Positions 26,144 to 35,408 of a DNA stretch of 64,000 bases are shown here, one piece after another. The notes beneath the pieces are model-generated. The model was not told the DNA's origin and made no database searches. It saw nothing but the letters and a program-made list of their open reading frames with translations. This DNA is from Eubacteriales bacterium (GTDB taxonomy: Bacteria > Bacillota > Clostridia > Oscillospirales > CAG-272). Positions within the stretch are counted from its first letter, which is position 1. Each line of letters begins with the position of its first letter. Location: NCBI GenBank assembly GCA_045650025.1, contig JAZRQR010000130.1:1202-65201 (forward strand), written 5' to 3'. A program made the position numbers and the translations under genes.

Positions 26144-26818
26144 ATGGAAAAATCCAAGAAAAACGCAATAGCCGTACTGGTGCTCTCGCTCTCGCTCTGC
26201 GTCTGCATGGGCTTGGTTGACGCGATCCTCTCGCCGCCGTATGCCGTCAAAAGTGCCATCAAATTGGTACTGTTCGGTGCGATCCCCATCATTTGCCTGA
26301 TCTCGACAAAATCCTTTGCGCCCAAAAAGCTGTTCTCGCTCAAGGGACAGCACGCAAAGCTGATCGCGCCCCTTGCCGTGGGCATTTTTTCCGTGATCAT
26401 GATCGCATTTTTTGCGCTGCGCAATTTCATTGATTTTTCATCCGTAACCGATTCGGTGACAGCAGACGCGGGCGTGACGCGCGAGAATTTTATCTTCGTC
26501 GCGCTGTATATTGCGCTGATCAACTCCTTTTTGGAGGAATTTTTCTTCCGCGGCTTTTGCTTTTTCTCTCTGCGTCCGCTCGGGCTCCCCTTTGCCTACG
26601 TGGCAAGTGCCCTGCTCTTTTCCGCCTATCACGTTGCGTTTATGGACGGTTGGCTCTCGCCCGTCATTTTTGCGCTGTCCCTTTTGGGCATGGCGATCGG
26701 CGGTGCGATCTTCGCCTTTCTCAACCATAAGACCGAAAGTCTGCTGCCCTCGTATTTCGTGCATATGGCGTCCAATCTTGCCACCAATCTGATCGGTATT
26801 ATCATGTTTTACTCATAA
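26144..26818 (+). CDS. CPBP-family intramembrane glutamic endopeptidase (CAAX protease/Abi)
   Basis: Polytopic membrane protein with EEFFFRG, FSAYH and HMASN motifs. Confidence 0.85.
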   Translation: MEKSKKNAIAVLVLSLSLCVCMGLVDAILSPPYAVKSAIKLVLFGAIPIICLISTKSFAPKKLFSLKGQHAKLIAPLAVGIFSVIMIAFFALRNFIDFSSVTDSVTADAGVTRENFIFVALYIALINSFLEEFFFRGFCFFSLRPLGLPFAYVASALLFSAYHVAFMDGWLSPVIFALSLLGMAIGGAIFAFLNHKTESLLPSYFVHMASNLATNLIGIIMFYS

Positions 26819-26830
26819 AAAGGAGCTGCT

Positions 26831-27490
26831 ATGACCGACTCCCCCAAATACGTTTACGTGGTGTTTTCCTCCACGCAATATATGATCGCAAAATTTATCC
26901 GCGCCTTTACCCACCACCGCTATAATCACGTGTCAATCGCCTTGGACGGCAACATGCAGACGCTTTACTCGTTTGCCCGCCGCTACGAGGACACCCCCTT
27001 TTGCGGTGGCTTTGTGGTGGAAACGCCCGAACGCTACCTGCGGCGCAATATTGCCGCATCGGTACAGATCTGCGCCATTCCCGTGACTGACGAGATGCAC
27101 GCGACTATCCGCGCGCACCTGCAAGCCTACGAGGCAGAGGCACAGGATTACGTATATAACTACATCGGTGCGCTGACCTTTCTGTTCCGCCGACGCGTCG
27201 CCCTTGAGCGATGCCACACCTGCGTGGATTTTGCCACCGAGGTGATCGGTATGACGGGCGCGGGCATTTCTTCGGACCGTTTTTATTCGATCCGCGGACT
27301 GGCGCGCAATTTGAACCGCTATAAGGTCTACGAGGGGCATTTTTACGCACCCCTGTCGCTCTCGGATATGCCCTCGGAGTATTTTGCAAAGCATTCCAAG
27401 CGGTTTCGCATCAAGCAAACCCTGCAAAGCCTGTCCGTGCTGACCAAGCGGTATTATAAGAGTGCGCATTGGAAGCCGAGATTGAAATAA
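26831..27490 (+). CDS. Hypothetical protein
   Basis: 219 aa. RBS AAAGGAG. Coding-like composition. Family not recognised (possibly permuted papain/NlpC-like, unverified). Confidence 0.5.
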   Translation: MTDSPKYVYVVFSSTQYMIAKFIRAFTHHRYNHVSIALDGNMQTLYSFARRYEDTPFCGGFVVETPERYLRRNIAASVQICAIPVTDEMHATIRAHLQAYEAEAQDYVYNYIGALTFLFRRRVALERCHTCVDFATEVIGMTGAGISSDRFYSIRGLARNLNRYKVYEGHFYAPLSLSDMPSEYFAKHSKRFRIKQTLQSLSVLTKRYYKSAHWKPRLK

Positions 27491-27498
27491 TGCTTTTT

Positions 27499-27530
27499 TG
27501 TAGGGACAGGCGTCCTCGACTGTCCGCACC
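27499..27530 (+). repeat. Single REP-like element
   Basis: TGTAG-GGACAG-GCGTCCTCGA-CTGTCC. Same geometry and near-identical loop as the 12-kb array, with three compensatory stem changes. Confidence 0.75.
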
Positions 27531-27541
27531 AATCACATATC

Positions 27542-27569
27542 AAAAGGCAGTTCTGCTGAACTGCCTTTT
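27542..27569. terminator. Bidirectional intrinsic terminator
   Basis: AAAA-GGCAGTTC-TGCT-GAACTGCC-TTTT between convergent genes. Confidence 0.75.
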
Positions 27570-27583
27570 CATTTTTATGTATT

Positions 27584-29971
27584 TCAAATCGCCAGCATGG
27601 AATCATGCTCGCAAAGCGTGCCGTTCTTGTACAGCAGCGTCTTGACGTCGTACTTGCCAAAGCACAGCTCGATCGCCTCGCCCTTGACCGTGCAGGTGCA
27701 CTTGCGCTCTGCATCCAGGTTGTTGAACAGGCGGATCATGTACGTATCCGCATCCATCTGGCGGAAGCAGGACAGCGTGACGTTGGGATCCGACAGCGTG
27801 ATGGGCGAGCCCTTGATGACAGTGCCGTCACCGTGCGGGTAAACGTTGAGGGTGTAGGGCTTTTGCGAGAACTCGGTTGCCTTGCGCTCCAGCTCCTCCT
27901 TATCGCAGATCTCCACGCGGAACGAGAACTCGTGCACGCCAAGATCGATGTAATCGTAATATCTCTCATCGGGCAGAATGGGCAGATCGCCTGCGGGATG
28001 TGCGCAGTAGACCGAGCCGTTGAGCAGCGTGACGTACAGCTTTCCGTTCTCTACCGAGCAGCCGTATGCGCCGCTCTTAAAGACTGCCAGCATCTTATCG
28101 CCGTTCTCCACCGCTACAAAGCGCTGCGAGCACTGCTCCAGATCCTGCTCGTATTCCTGCGTACCAAACGCGGTCTGACCGATAAACTTGCCGATCTCCT
28201 TGAGCGGGATCTCCAGCTTGAGTCCCTTGCCCGCGTCGTTCCAGGATACGTTGACCTTCACGTCTACGTAAGGCAGATCGTTGTACAGCGTATATCCCAC
28301 GCGCACGTCCGACTTGCCGGTGGTGTATTCGCTCTCTACGCGCGTCAGCACGTCGCCGCGCTCAATGACGCGCATCGAGGTCTTGCACTCCAGGCGCGCA
28401 AGGTCATTGCTCATGGTCTTGAGCCACCAGCCCCAAGGATCGGCATTGTCGCTGTAGGACACCGGCACGATGCCGCCATCCAGATACTGCTTGCCGTCCA
28501 ACGCAAGACCCGACATAGCGCCGCACTTCTCGCAGAAGTCGGCATGCACGCCGCCGCCCAGATCAAACGAGATCTGGGGCGTCTTGTCCACGGGCACGCG
28601 ATCCACCACGCTGACCTTGACGTCAAAGCGGGTCAGCGACATAGGCGCCAGCTTGGCACGTACTGCCACTCTCTTTCTTCTATCCATATTGATGGTGGAG
28701 CTTTCCTTGATCAGCTGCGAGACGCAAACGCCGTTCTCATCGCGCACCTCAAGGTGATACATTGTAGGACCCATAGAGCCGATCGCATTCAAAAGCAGCA
28801 TTTCAAGGTCGAACACGCCGTCGATCTCGTACGGATGAGGATTGCATACTGCAAAGGGATATTCGCCGCCTGCGCCGCGCGTCCAGCCCTCGAACAGCTT
28901 GAAGAAGGCGCGGGAGAACTGCTCGTCCAGAATTTCCAGCGCGTAATCTGCCTTGCGCATGGAGGAAACGTTGCCCTCGATGATGCTGGTGCCTGCCAGT
29001 ACGTCGTGGAACTGTACCATCGCCATAATGCGCTGTGCCTCGTCCATGGCTGCCTTATCGTACACGAAATCGGTCTCCATTGCCGCGCGTGCGCAGATCT
29101 TTTCGGTCATCAGGAACTTATCCTCCAGCTCAGCATAGCGGCGCTTGAGTGCGCTGACCGAGGAATAGCACTTGACAAAGCAGGGCTGCAGCGCGCCGTC
29201 CACGCTTGCCTTGGGGGTAGCAGCCGCAAAGAACTGCTCGGGGGTGGAGTGCATGATCTTAACGCCGTTGCCAAGCTCCTCCTCGATCATCTCGCCTACC
29301 TCGCGCAAATCCTTACGCGAAGGTCCGCCACCGTGGTTGCCAATGCCCCAGAGTGCAAACGCCACGTCCTCCTGCTCCCAGGGGCGCATCTTGCGCTTGA
29401 TGGCGCTGACCGCCTTACCCAGATCCGAGCAGTAAATGGTATCGTCCTCAAATCTCGCCGCCTTGACGCTGGAGCCGTCAAAGCCCTTCCACTCAAAGAA
29501 CATGTGCGGCAGCTCCATCATTCCCGTCAGAGGACGGCAGAAGATGTAGCTGTCATAGCCGGTCTTGGTAAGGATCTGTACAAGTCCCTGCGTGTGACCA
29601 AACGAGTCAAAGTTGACGGCGGTGGTAGGACGCACGCCAAACTTTTCCTTAAAATAGGTCAAGCCCGTTTCGATCTGGCGCACAAAGCCCTCGCCGCTGG
29701 GCAGATTGCAGTCAGGCTGCACGTACCAGCCGCCCATAATATGCCACTTGCCTGCCTTGACCAGCTCCCCGATGCGCGCAAACAGCGCAGGATCGTAGCG
29801 TTCGATCCACTGGTACAAAAGCGCCTCGTTGTGGCAGAAAATGTAATCATATTCCCCTGCCAGCTCGGCTGCCGAATAAAAGGTTGCCAGCGCAGCGGTT
29901 GCACCCTCGTTCCAATCCCATTGCCAAACGGGATCCAGGTGCGCATTACAGATCAGATGCAGTTCTTTCAT
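27584..29971 (-). CDS. Glycoside hydrolase family 38 alpha-mannosidase
   Basis: 795 aa. N-terminal HLICNAHLDPVWQW and GGWYVQPDCNLPSGE, typical of the GH38 catalytic domain. Confidence 0.9.
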   Translation of the reverse strand: MKELHLICNAHLDPVWQWDWNEGATAALATFYSAAELAGEYDYIFCHNEALLYQWIERYDPALFARIGELVKAGKWHIMGGWYVQPDCNLPSGEGFVRQIETGLTYFKEKFGVRPTTAVNFDSFGHTQGLVQILTKTGYDSYIFCRPLTGMMELPHMFFEWKGFDGSSVKAARFEDDTIYCSDLGKAVSAIKRKMRPWEQEDVAFALWGIGNHGGGPSRKDLREVGEMIEEELGNGVKIMHSTPEQFFAAATPKASVDGALQPCFVKCYSSVSALKRRYAELEDKFLMTEKICARAAMETDFVYDKAAMDEAQRIMAMVQFHDVLAGTSIIEGNVSSMRKADYALEILDEQFSRAFFKLFEGWTRGAGGEYPFAVCNPHPYEIDGVFDLEMLLLNAIGSMGPTMYHLEVRDENGVCVSQLIKESSTINMDRRKRVAVRAKLAPMSLTRFDVKVSVVDRVPVDKTPQISFDLGGGVHADFCEKCGAMSGLALDGKQYLDGGIVPVSYSDNADPWGWWLKTMSNDLARLECKTSMRVIERGDVLTRVESEYTTGKSDVRVGYTLYNDLPYVDVKVNVSWNDAGKGLKLEIPLKEIGKFIGQTAFGTQEYEQDLEQCSQRFVAVENGDKMLAVFKSGAYGCSVENGKLYVTLLNGSVYCAHPAGDLPILPDERYYDYIDLGVHEFSFRVEICDKEELERKATEFSQKPYTLNVYPHGDGTVIKGSPITLSDPNVTLSCFRQMDADTYMIRLFNNLDAERKCTCTVKGEAIELCFGKYDVKTLLYKNGTLCEHDSMLAI

Positions 29972-30003
29972 GTGTATTCTCCTTGTGTTTTGAGATGTGT
30001 GGT

Positions 30004-30444
30004 TTATTTTTTATTTTGCAATTTCTTTTCGGCGTTGAGCGCCAGACGGTTGTTAAGCCTGGAAAAGGTGTGCATCTCCTCAGGCGTAAAGCCCTCAAAA
30101 ATGCCGCGCAGATACTGCTCGGAGGCACCCAGCAGATCGGGCATGATGCACTCGGCAGTCGGGGTCAGGCAAAGGTGCACCACGCGGCGATCCTGCGTGT
30201 CGCGAATACGCACTAAAAGATCCCTGCGCATCAGGTGCTCCACCGCCTTGGAAATATTGGCTTTTGCCAGACGGCTGTATTTAACAATGTCGGTTGCCGT
30301 GTTTTGATTGGGATTGTTATACAAAAACAGCAATACTGTCATCTCTGTGCCGCTCAGATGGTACTCCTTGCACACAGGTGTGATGCATTCCTGCAAAAAC
30401 TGCTCCATAACGTATATTTTCCCAAGCCATTCGGAATAAAGCAT
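30004..30444 (-). CDS. MarR-family transcriptional regulator
   Basis: Winged-HTH core (ATDIVKYSRLAKANISKAVEHLMRRDLLVRIRDTQDRRVV). Start set at ATG (MLYSEW) behind AAAGGAG; the track ORF extends to 30513. Confidence 0.85.
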   Translation of the reverse strand: MLYSEWLGKIYVMEQFLQECITPVCKEYHLSGTEMTVLLFLYNNPNQNTATDIVKYSRLAKANISKAVEHLMRRDLLVRIRDTQDRRVVHLCLTPTAECIMPDLLGASEQYLRGIFEGFTPEEMHTFSRLNNRLALNAEKKLQNKK

Positions 30445-30510
30445 GCTCGCTCCTTTATTGTTTCTTTGTGAACTATTAACTGTATTATAAAGCATATAAG
30501 GGCGGTTTGT

Positions 30511-30521
30511 CAAGTGACTTG
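30511..30521. promoter_or_regulatory. Palindrome, candidate MarR operator
   Basis: CAAGTGACTTG perfect inverted repeat in the divergent intergenic region, about 67 nt upstream of the MarR start. Confidence 0.3.
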
Positions 30522-30544
30522 CAAGTTTTTACACTTTATACACA

Positions 30545-30573
30545 TTGACAAATTCAAGCATTTCGATTATAAT
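30545..30573 (+). promoter_or_regulatory. Consensus sigmaA promoter for the 30610 gene
   Basis: TTGACA (30545-30550), 17 nt, TATAAT (30568-30573). Confidence 0.7.
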
Positions 30574-30609
30574 AAAACTGTAGAAAATTAATGGAAAGGA
30601 AGCGGACCT

Positions 30610-32649
30610 ATGAAACGATTGATCCATTCCCCGCGCTTGATCGCGCTCACCCTTTGCTTGCTCCTCTCGCTCATTGCCTGCACCGTGCAGCCCGGGCAAG
30701 AGCTCCCCGACAGCGCGCAAACCGATACCTCTGCCCCCGCAGAGACCGGGAGCAGCGCCGATTCCGAAGCACCAAGCGAAAGCCAGACCAACGCGCCCGT
30801 TTCGGGTGAGATTGACTACTACCCCGGCATGAGCTACGTCAAAACCGAGACCCAGATTGCGGTGGAGGGCTTTGATACCGCCCTGCTTGGTCAGGTGGTG
30901 GATGCCAATACCCACGGCGTTGCCACGCTGCTGAGCGCCAACTTTGACGACGGCGACAAGACCGCAGACGGCAAGATCGCCTATCGCGACCAAAATCTTG
31001 CCACAATCATGGACGGGCAGATGCACTTTATCCACGACGGCAAGGAATACGGCAAGGGCTGGTCGACCTGGTCGCCTCTCGCCCCCGCCTCGGTGAAGAA
31101 TTACCACCAGGTGCAGCTTTCTCTGGACATCAAGAGCTTTGCTCCCAATGCCGCAAGCACGGGCACGCATACCTGGATCTCTACCTTTATTGGCTGCTAC
31201 GTTTCCAATTACTCGGGCAAGATCCCCGATTCCCCCGGTGACGGGCTTTGGTTCTCGTTCTCACAAAACGACGTGATCACAATCATTGGCGGCACAGGCG
31301 GCGGCTGGCCTGCAGGCTTTGCCTCGGTCAAGATCCCCAAGGGCTTTGCCGATATGCAGCACGTGGATATTGTATGCACCGAGGACTATACCACTTACGT
31401 GTACGGCACATATGACGGCGGAGAGAGACAGCTGCTGGTCAAGACCACCATGGACAATACCACACTGACCGTATACAACGGTGCCGGCGAGCAGGTGGCG
31501 CAGACCGACAACAATATGAGCCACTACGCAGGCGAATATTTCGTTTTCTTTACACATATGGGCAGCAGCGTGATCGATAACCTGAACGTTTACGCCTGCC
31601 AGAAGGAGGATTATCGCGTGGAAACCACTATTACCGCAGTCCCCGACGAGGGCGTGACCCCCGGACTTGACATGACCGACAAGACTGACCTTGTCAGCAT
31701 TTGCTACTCGGTTTGGTTTGACGGCATTCTCGGCACCGGAACCGAGCCCGTTACCGATTTCAACAACATTACCCAGGTGCTGGAGGGTAAGCGCGATTGG
31801 GGCAACGTGCACGCCTTCCACTACTGGGCAAAGCCCGCACAGGGCTACTACCGCTCTACCGATCTGACGGCTGCCAAGAACAACCTCATTCTCTTGGGTG
31901 AAGCCAACGTGGACTTTATTATTCTGGACTACACCAACGCAAATGACGGCTACATTTCCAACACCGCTATGGGCAAGACCTGGATGTTTGACCCCTTAGA
32001 CACGCTTTGCCGTGCTACGCTGGAGCTGCGCGCCGAGGGCTACCGCACCCCTTATATCGTTTGCTGGTGCGGTGAATCCAAGGGTCCCATGATCCGCGAG
32101 CTCTACAACCGCTATTACACCGAAAACAACCCCTATGCCGATTGCTTTGTGTACTGGGAGGGCAAGCCCTTCATGATCTATACGCAAAGCACAGACACCT
32201 TCCCCTACCCCGAGCTCTTTACCGTGCGACATATGTGGGGCTTGACCACGGAGAAATGCTGGAGATTTTTGAATATCAAAAACAGAGGCACAGCCTACGA
32301 AAAGGACGGTGTGGCTGAGCAGATCTCGGTTGCGGTTGCCTCGCAGGAAACCTACATGTCCATGCCCACCGCACACGGCAGAAACGGCGGTAAATTCTTC
32401 TACGACCAATGGAAGGAAGCCTTCCGCGTACACCCCAAGGTGGTAACCATCACCTGGTGGAACGAATGGGCAGCACAACGCTTTATTGTGGACGGACAGA
32501 CGCATTTTGTAGACAACTACAACCAGGAATACAGCCGCGACATTGAGCCCATGGAGGGCGGCCACGGCGATACGTACTATCAATGGATGAAGCAATACAT
32601 CGCAGCCTATAAGGCAGGCGAGACTTGCCCCAAGCTGACAGGAGATTGA
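30610..32649 (+). CDS. Secreted lipoprotein, putative glycan-active protein
   Basis: Lipobox LSLIAC. 679 aa. The C-terminal half has a TIM-barrel-glycosidase-like stretch (FHYWAKPAQGYYRS...VDFIILDYTN). Family not assigned with confidence. Confidence 0.6.
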   Translation: MKRLIHSPRLIALTLCLLLSLIACTVQPGQELPDSAQTDTSAPAETGSSADSEAPSESQTNAPVSGEIDYYPGMSYVKTETQIAVEGFDTALLGQVVDANTHGVATLLSANFDDGDKTADGKIAYRDQNLATIMDGQMHFIHDGKEYGKGWSTWSPLAPASVKNYHQVQLSLDIKSFAPNAASTGTHTWISTFIGCYVSNYSGKIPDSPGDGLWFSFSQNDVITIIGGTGGGWPAGFASVKIPKGFADMQHVDIVCTEDYTTYVYGTYDGGERQLLVKTTMDNTTLTVYNGAGEQVAQTDNNMSHYAGEYFVFFTHMGSSVIDNLNVYACQKEDYRVETTITAVPDEGVTPGLDMTDKTDLVSICYSVWFDGILGTGTEPVTDFNNITQVLEGKRDWGNVHAFHYWAKPAQGYYRSTDLTAAKNNLILLGEANVDFIILDYTNANDGYISNTAMGKTWMFDPLDTLCRATLELRAEGYRTPYIVCWCGESKGPMIRELYNRYYTENNPYADCFVYWEGKPFMIYTQSTDTFPYPELFTVRHMWGLTTEKCWRFLNIKNRGTAYEKDGVAEQISVAVASQETYMSMPTAHGRNGGKFFYDQWKEAFRVHPKVVTITWWNEWAAQRFIVDGQTHFVDNYNQEYSRDIEPMEGGHGDTYYQWMKQYIAAYKAGETCPKLTGD

Positions 32650-32655
32650 TCTGCT

Positions 32656-34359
32656 ATGAAGAACCTGACCTTGATTGCCGCAATGCTTTGCGTGCTGACG
32701 TTGCTTTCCCCCTTGACTGCCCTTGCCGAAACGCCCCCCGAGGGCAAGGGGCTGCTGATCACCGAGATCTGCTTTAATCCCGAATGGAAAGAGGGAGACC
32801 AGAACGTTGAGGACACAGCCGATATGTTCCCCTACACCGAAATTTACAACCCTACCGACCGCACCATCTCCTTAGCGGAGCTTTCGCTTACCTACTGCGC
32901 GGATGACGGCAGCAAGCTTGAATCGGGCGCGCTGTTCTGCGCGGGAGATACTCCCGTCCTTGCTCCGGGCGAGGTTGCCGTGATCGTGCACTACAACAAA
33001 AACTGGCCCCTGATCGGACTTGACAACACCGCAGAGCAAGCCGCGGCGGTATATGAAGCGTTCGCAGAGCTCAACGGCATTGCCGACGTGCTGGACAAGA
33101 ACCACCTCTACGTGGTCAGCAACAAGGACTTTAAGCTGGATAAGGAATCCACCCACGCCACCATGGAGCTGTGCTGCGGCGGACAGGTTGCCTCGGTGAC
33201 CTACGACGCTCTCTACTACAACCGCAACAACCGCGCCGTGGTATTTGGCACGGACGGCAGCTGCATGGGCGCGGCGCTCCCCCGCCCCGGCACGCTGTAC
33301 GATAACCAGATCGCAAACAACCCTGAGCTTGTGCCCAACACGCTCACCATTCCGATCAAGGCGGTGGAATACAACATTTGCGCATCCGGTATTCCGAACG
33401 ATTACGAGGACATTCCCTTTATCGCAGACCGACAGGACGAGGCGTTTGCCTTGATTGAGGCAGCGGATCCCGATCTGATCGTGCTGTGCGAGGTCAACTT
33501 TGCATGGCAGGAATACATTCTTGCGTTCTGTGAGAAGAACGGCTACACCGCATACGGCTACTCCAGCGCGGGCAGAGACTTCCACGCCACGCTGAGCAAA
33601 ACCAAATGGGATCTCAATTCCCTGCTGCTCTGGAAGACAGATCGCTTTGACGTGGTGGAGAAAAACCGCTTCTGGTGCTCCAACACGCCCGACAAGAAGG
33701 GATCTTCCAAATGGGATGGCGGCTTGACCGGCGACATGGCGCGCTGCATCAACTACGCCGTGCTCAAGGATAAGGCAAGCGGCGTGGAATTTCTGCTCAT
33801 GGGCGCGCATCTGGACGCCAAGAGCGAGGAGGTCCGCACACTTTCCGCACAGCTGATCTATGAGCGCGCGCACGCCATTGCAGGCGACCGCTCGATCATC
33901 ATGCTGGGTGACTGGAACTCCAACCAGACTCGCGAATCGTACGACATTCTGACCTCGGGCGATCTGGCAGACGCACGCTACCGCACGACCGTGACCAATC
34001 TGCACGGCACTTACAACAAGTGGGGCGAATACTCGTCGGATTTCCAGACCCGACTGCCCATTGACCACTGCATCATTTCCAAGAGCACCGTTTGGGTGGA
34101 CTCCTACAAGCAGGTTGGCGGCCCCGCCATTGAAAACGTGCCCCACCCCTCCGACCATAACATGACCGTATTCTCGCTGCTGCTCTCCACGGGCGAGCCC
34201 ATTCCCGAGCCCACCGAGGCAGAGACCGAGCCGCCTTTGGATGAGGGCGAGCAGGATATGGCAACCTCCCCCACGGGCTGCAAGGCAAATGCAAGCGCCG
34301 CAGTCCTCCTACTGTTGACCGGCTTTGCCTGGTTGGCAACCAAGAAAAAAACACGTTAA
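32656..34359 (+). CDS. Secreted lamin-tail-domain + EEP-family nuclease/phosphatase-like protein with C-terminal anchor
   Basis: Signal peptide. LTD-like LLITEICFNP...YTEIYNPTD. EEP motifs (EYNICAS, GDWNS, PSDHNM). C-terminal hydrophobic helix plus KKKTR tail. Confidence 0.7.
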   Translation: MKNLTLIAAMLCVLTLLSPLTALAETPPEGKGLLITEICFNPEWKEGDQNVEDTADMFPYTEIYNPTDRTISLAELSLTYCADDGSKLESGALFCAGDTPVLAPGEVAVIVHYNKNWPLIGLDNTAEQAAAVYEAFAELNGIADVLDKNHLYVVSNKDFKLDKESTHATMELCCGGQVASVTYDALYYNRNNRAVVFGTDGSCMGAALPRPGTLYDNQIANNPELVPNTLTIPIKAVEYNICASGIPNDYEDIPFIADRQDEAFALIEAADPDLIVLCEVNFAWQEYILAFCEKNGYTAYGYSSAGRDFHATLSKTKWDLNSLLLWKTDRFDVVEKNRFWCSNTPDKKGSSKWDGGLTGDMARCINYAVLKDKASGVEFLLMGAHLDAKSEEVRTLSAQLIYERAHAIAGDRSIIMLGDWNSNQTRESYDILTSGDLADARYRTTVTNLHGTYNKWGEYSSDFQTRLPIDHCIISKSTVWVDSYKQVGGPAIENVPHPSDHNMTVFSLLLSTGEPIPEPTEAETEPPLDEGEQDMATSPTGCKANASAAVLLLLTGFAWLATKKKTR

Positions 34360-34360
34360 A

Positions 34361-34397
34361 AAAACGAGCCGATCGCACGTGCGATCGGCTCATTTTT
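34361..34397. terminator. Bidirectional intrinsic terminator
   Basis: Perfect 13-bp palindrome GAGCCGATCGCAC/GTGCGATCGGCTC flanked by an A-run and a T-run. Confidence 0.8.
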
Positions 34398-34404
34398 ATG
34401 CACT

Positions 34405-35382
34405 TTATTCCAGCACCCCTGCATATCGCAGCATTGCCAGTATTTCTTTTTCGTATTCCTCTTTATGAAGCAGGTAGCTCATACCGTGCGGAGCACCCTC
34501 AAACATGCAAAGGCGCTTGTATTGTGCGCTGCAGGCGGCAAAATTGCGCTCCGAATTGTACGGACGCACAAAATCATCTGCCAGACCGTGCGCAAACAGC
34601 GTGGGGATCTTGGCTTTCTTCAGCTCCCTTTCCACCTCGGCATCCCCTAAAAACGCGCCGCCGTGTAAACGGCAAAGCAGGGTGGTGACGGGCAGAACGG
34701 CAAAGGCAGGCAGGTGCAGATCCTCCCTGACCACCTGCGCGATCTGTCCTTTTGCAGATGCATAGCCGCAATCGCCGATGACCGCCTTGACCTGCGGCGG
34801 AATATCGGGCAGGCAGGAGGCAAGCAGCACGGTTGCGCAGCCCATGGAAACGCCGTCCAGAATGATGCTGTGCTCCTCTCCGTAGCGCTCCACCAGATAG
34901 CGGCACCAATCGCGAATGTCAAAGCGCTCTTTTGCGCCAAAAGTCAAATACTTGCCCTGGCTTTCGCCGTGCGCGCGCTGATACACGATCAGCATGGCAA
35001 TGCCCTGCTGCGCGTAAAAATCGTACACGGTGCCAAAGTCCATATCCCCCTTGCTGTGGTAGCCGTGCACCAGCACCACGCTTGCCTTGGGGTTTTCGGG
35101 CGCAAACAGCTTGGCGCAAAGCTTATGACCGTCATGCGAGGTGATATACACCTTCTCGTGCGCGGCGTTTGCCAGTCTATCCCAGCCCGCCTTGACGACC
35201 TCCACCTCTTTGTCAAAGCCCTTTTTGCGCAGCATTTCCAGATAGGCGTGCTGTCCGTCGGTCGAGGGCTGACTTCTGCCAAACGATGCCCGGAACAGCT
35301 TATGAATATACGGAGCAACCACGCAAGCGCCCACCGTCGCCACAGCGCCTACGCCGATCAAGGTATAATGCAAAGCATTCAC
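34405..35382 (-). CDS. Alpha/beta hydrolase
   Basis: N-terminal TM segment, HGYH oxyanion region, and nucleophile elbow GVSMG. Confidence 0.85.
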   Translation of the reverse strand: MNALHYTLIGVGAVATVGACVVAPYIHKLFRASFGRSQPSTDGQHAYLEMLRKKGFDKEVEVVKAGWDRLANAAHEKVYITSHDGHKLCAKLFAPENPKASVVLVHGYHSKGDMDFGTVYDFYAQQGIAMLIVYQRAHGESQGKYLTFGAKERFDIRDWCRYLVERYGEEHSIILDGVSMGCATVLLASCLPDIPPQVKAVIGDCGYASAKGQIAQVVREDLHLPAFAVLPVTTLLCRLHGGAFLGDAEVERELKKAKIPTLFAHGLADDFVRPYNSERNFAACSAQYKRLCMFEGAPHGMSYLLHKEEYEKEILAMLRYAGVLE

Positions 35383-35408
35383 AAAAAATCCACTCCTTTA
35401 TATGGCTT

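Noticed and set aside
27605-30307. 900-aa + strand ORF
   Set aside because: It is antisense to the GH38 mannosidase and the MarR gene. It has no RBS and an Arg/Ala/Leu/His-rich, repeat-like translation.
34240-34359. Sortase (LPXTG-type) sorting signal at the C-terminus of the LTD-EEP protein
   Set aside because: The hydrophobic helix plus KKKTR tail is present. However, the preceding TSPTG does not match LPXTG or the clostridial (S/P)PXTG pentapeptide register. I call it only a C-terminal anchor.
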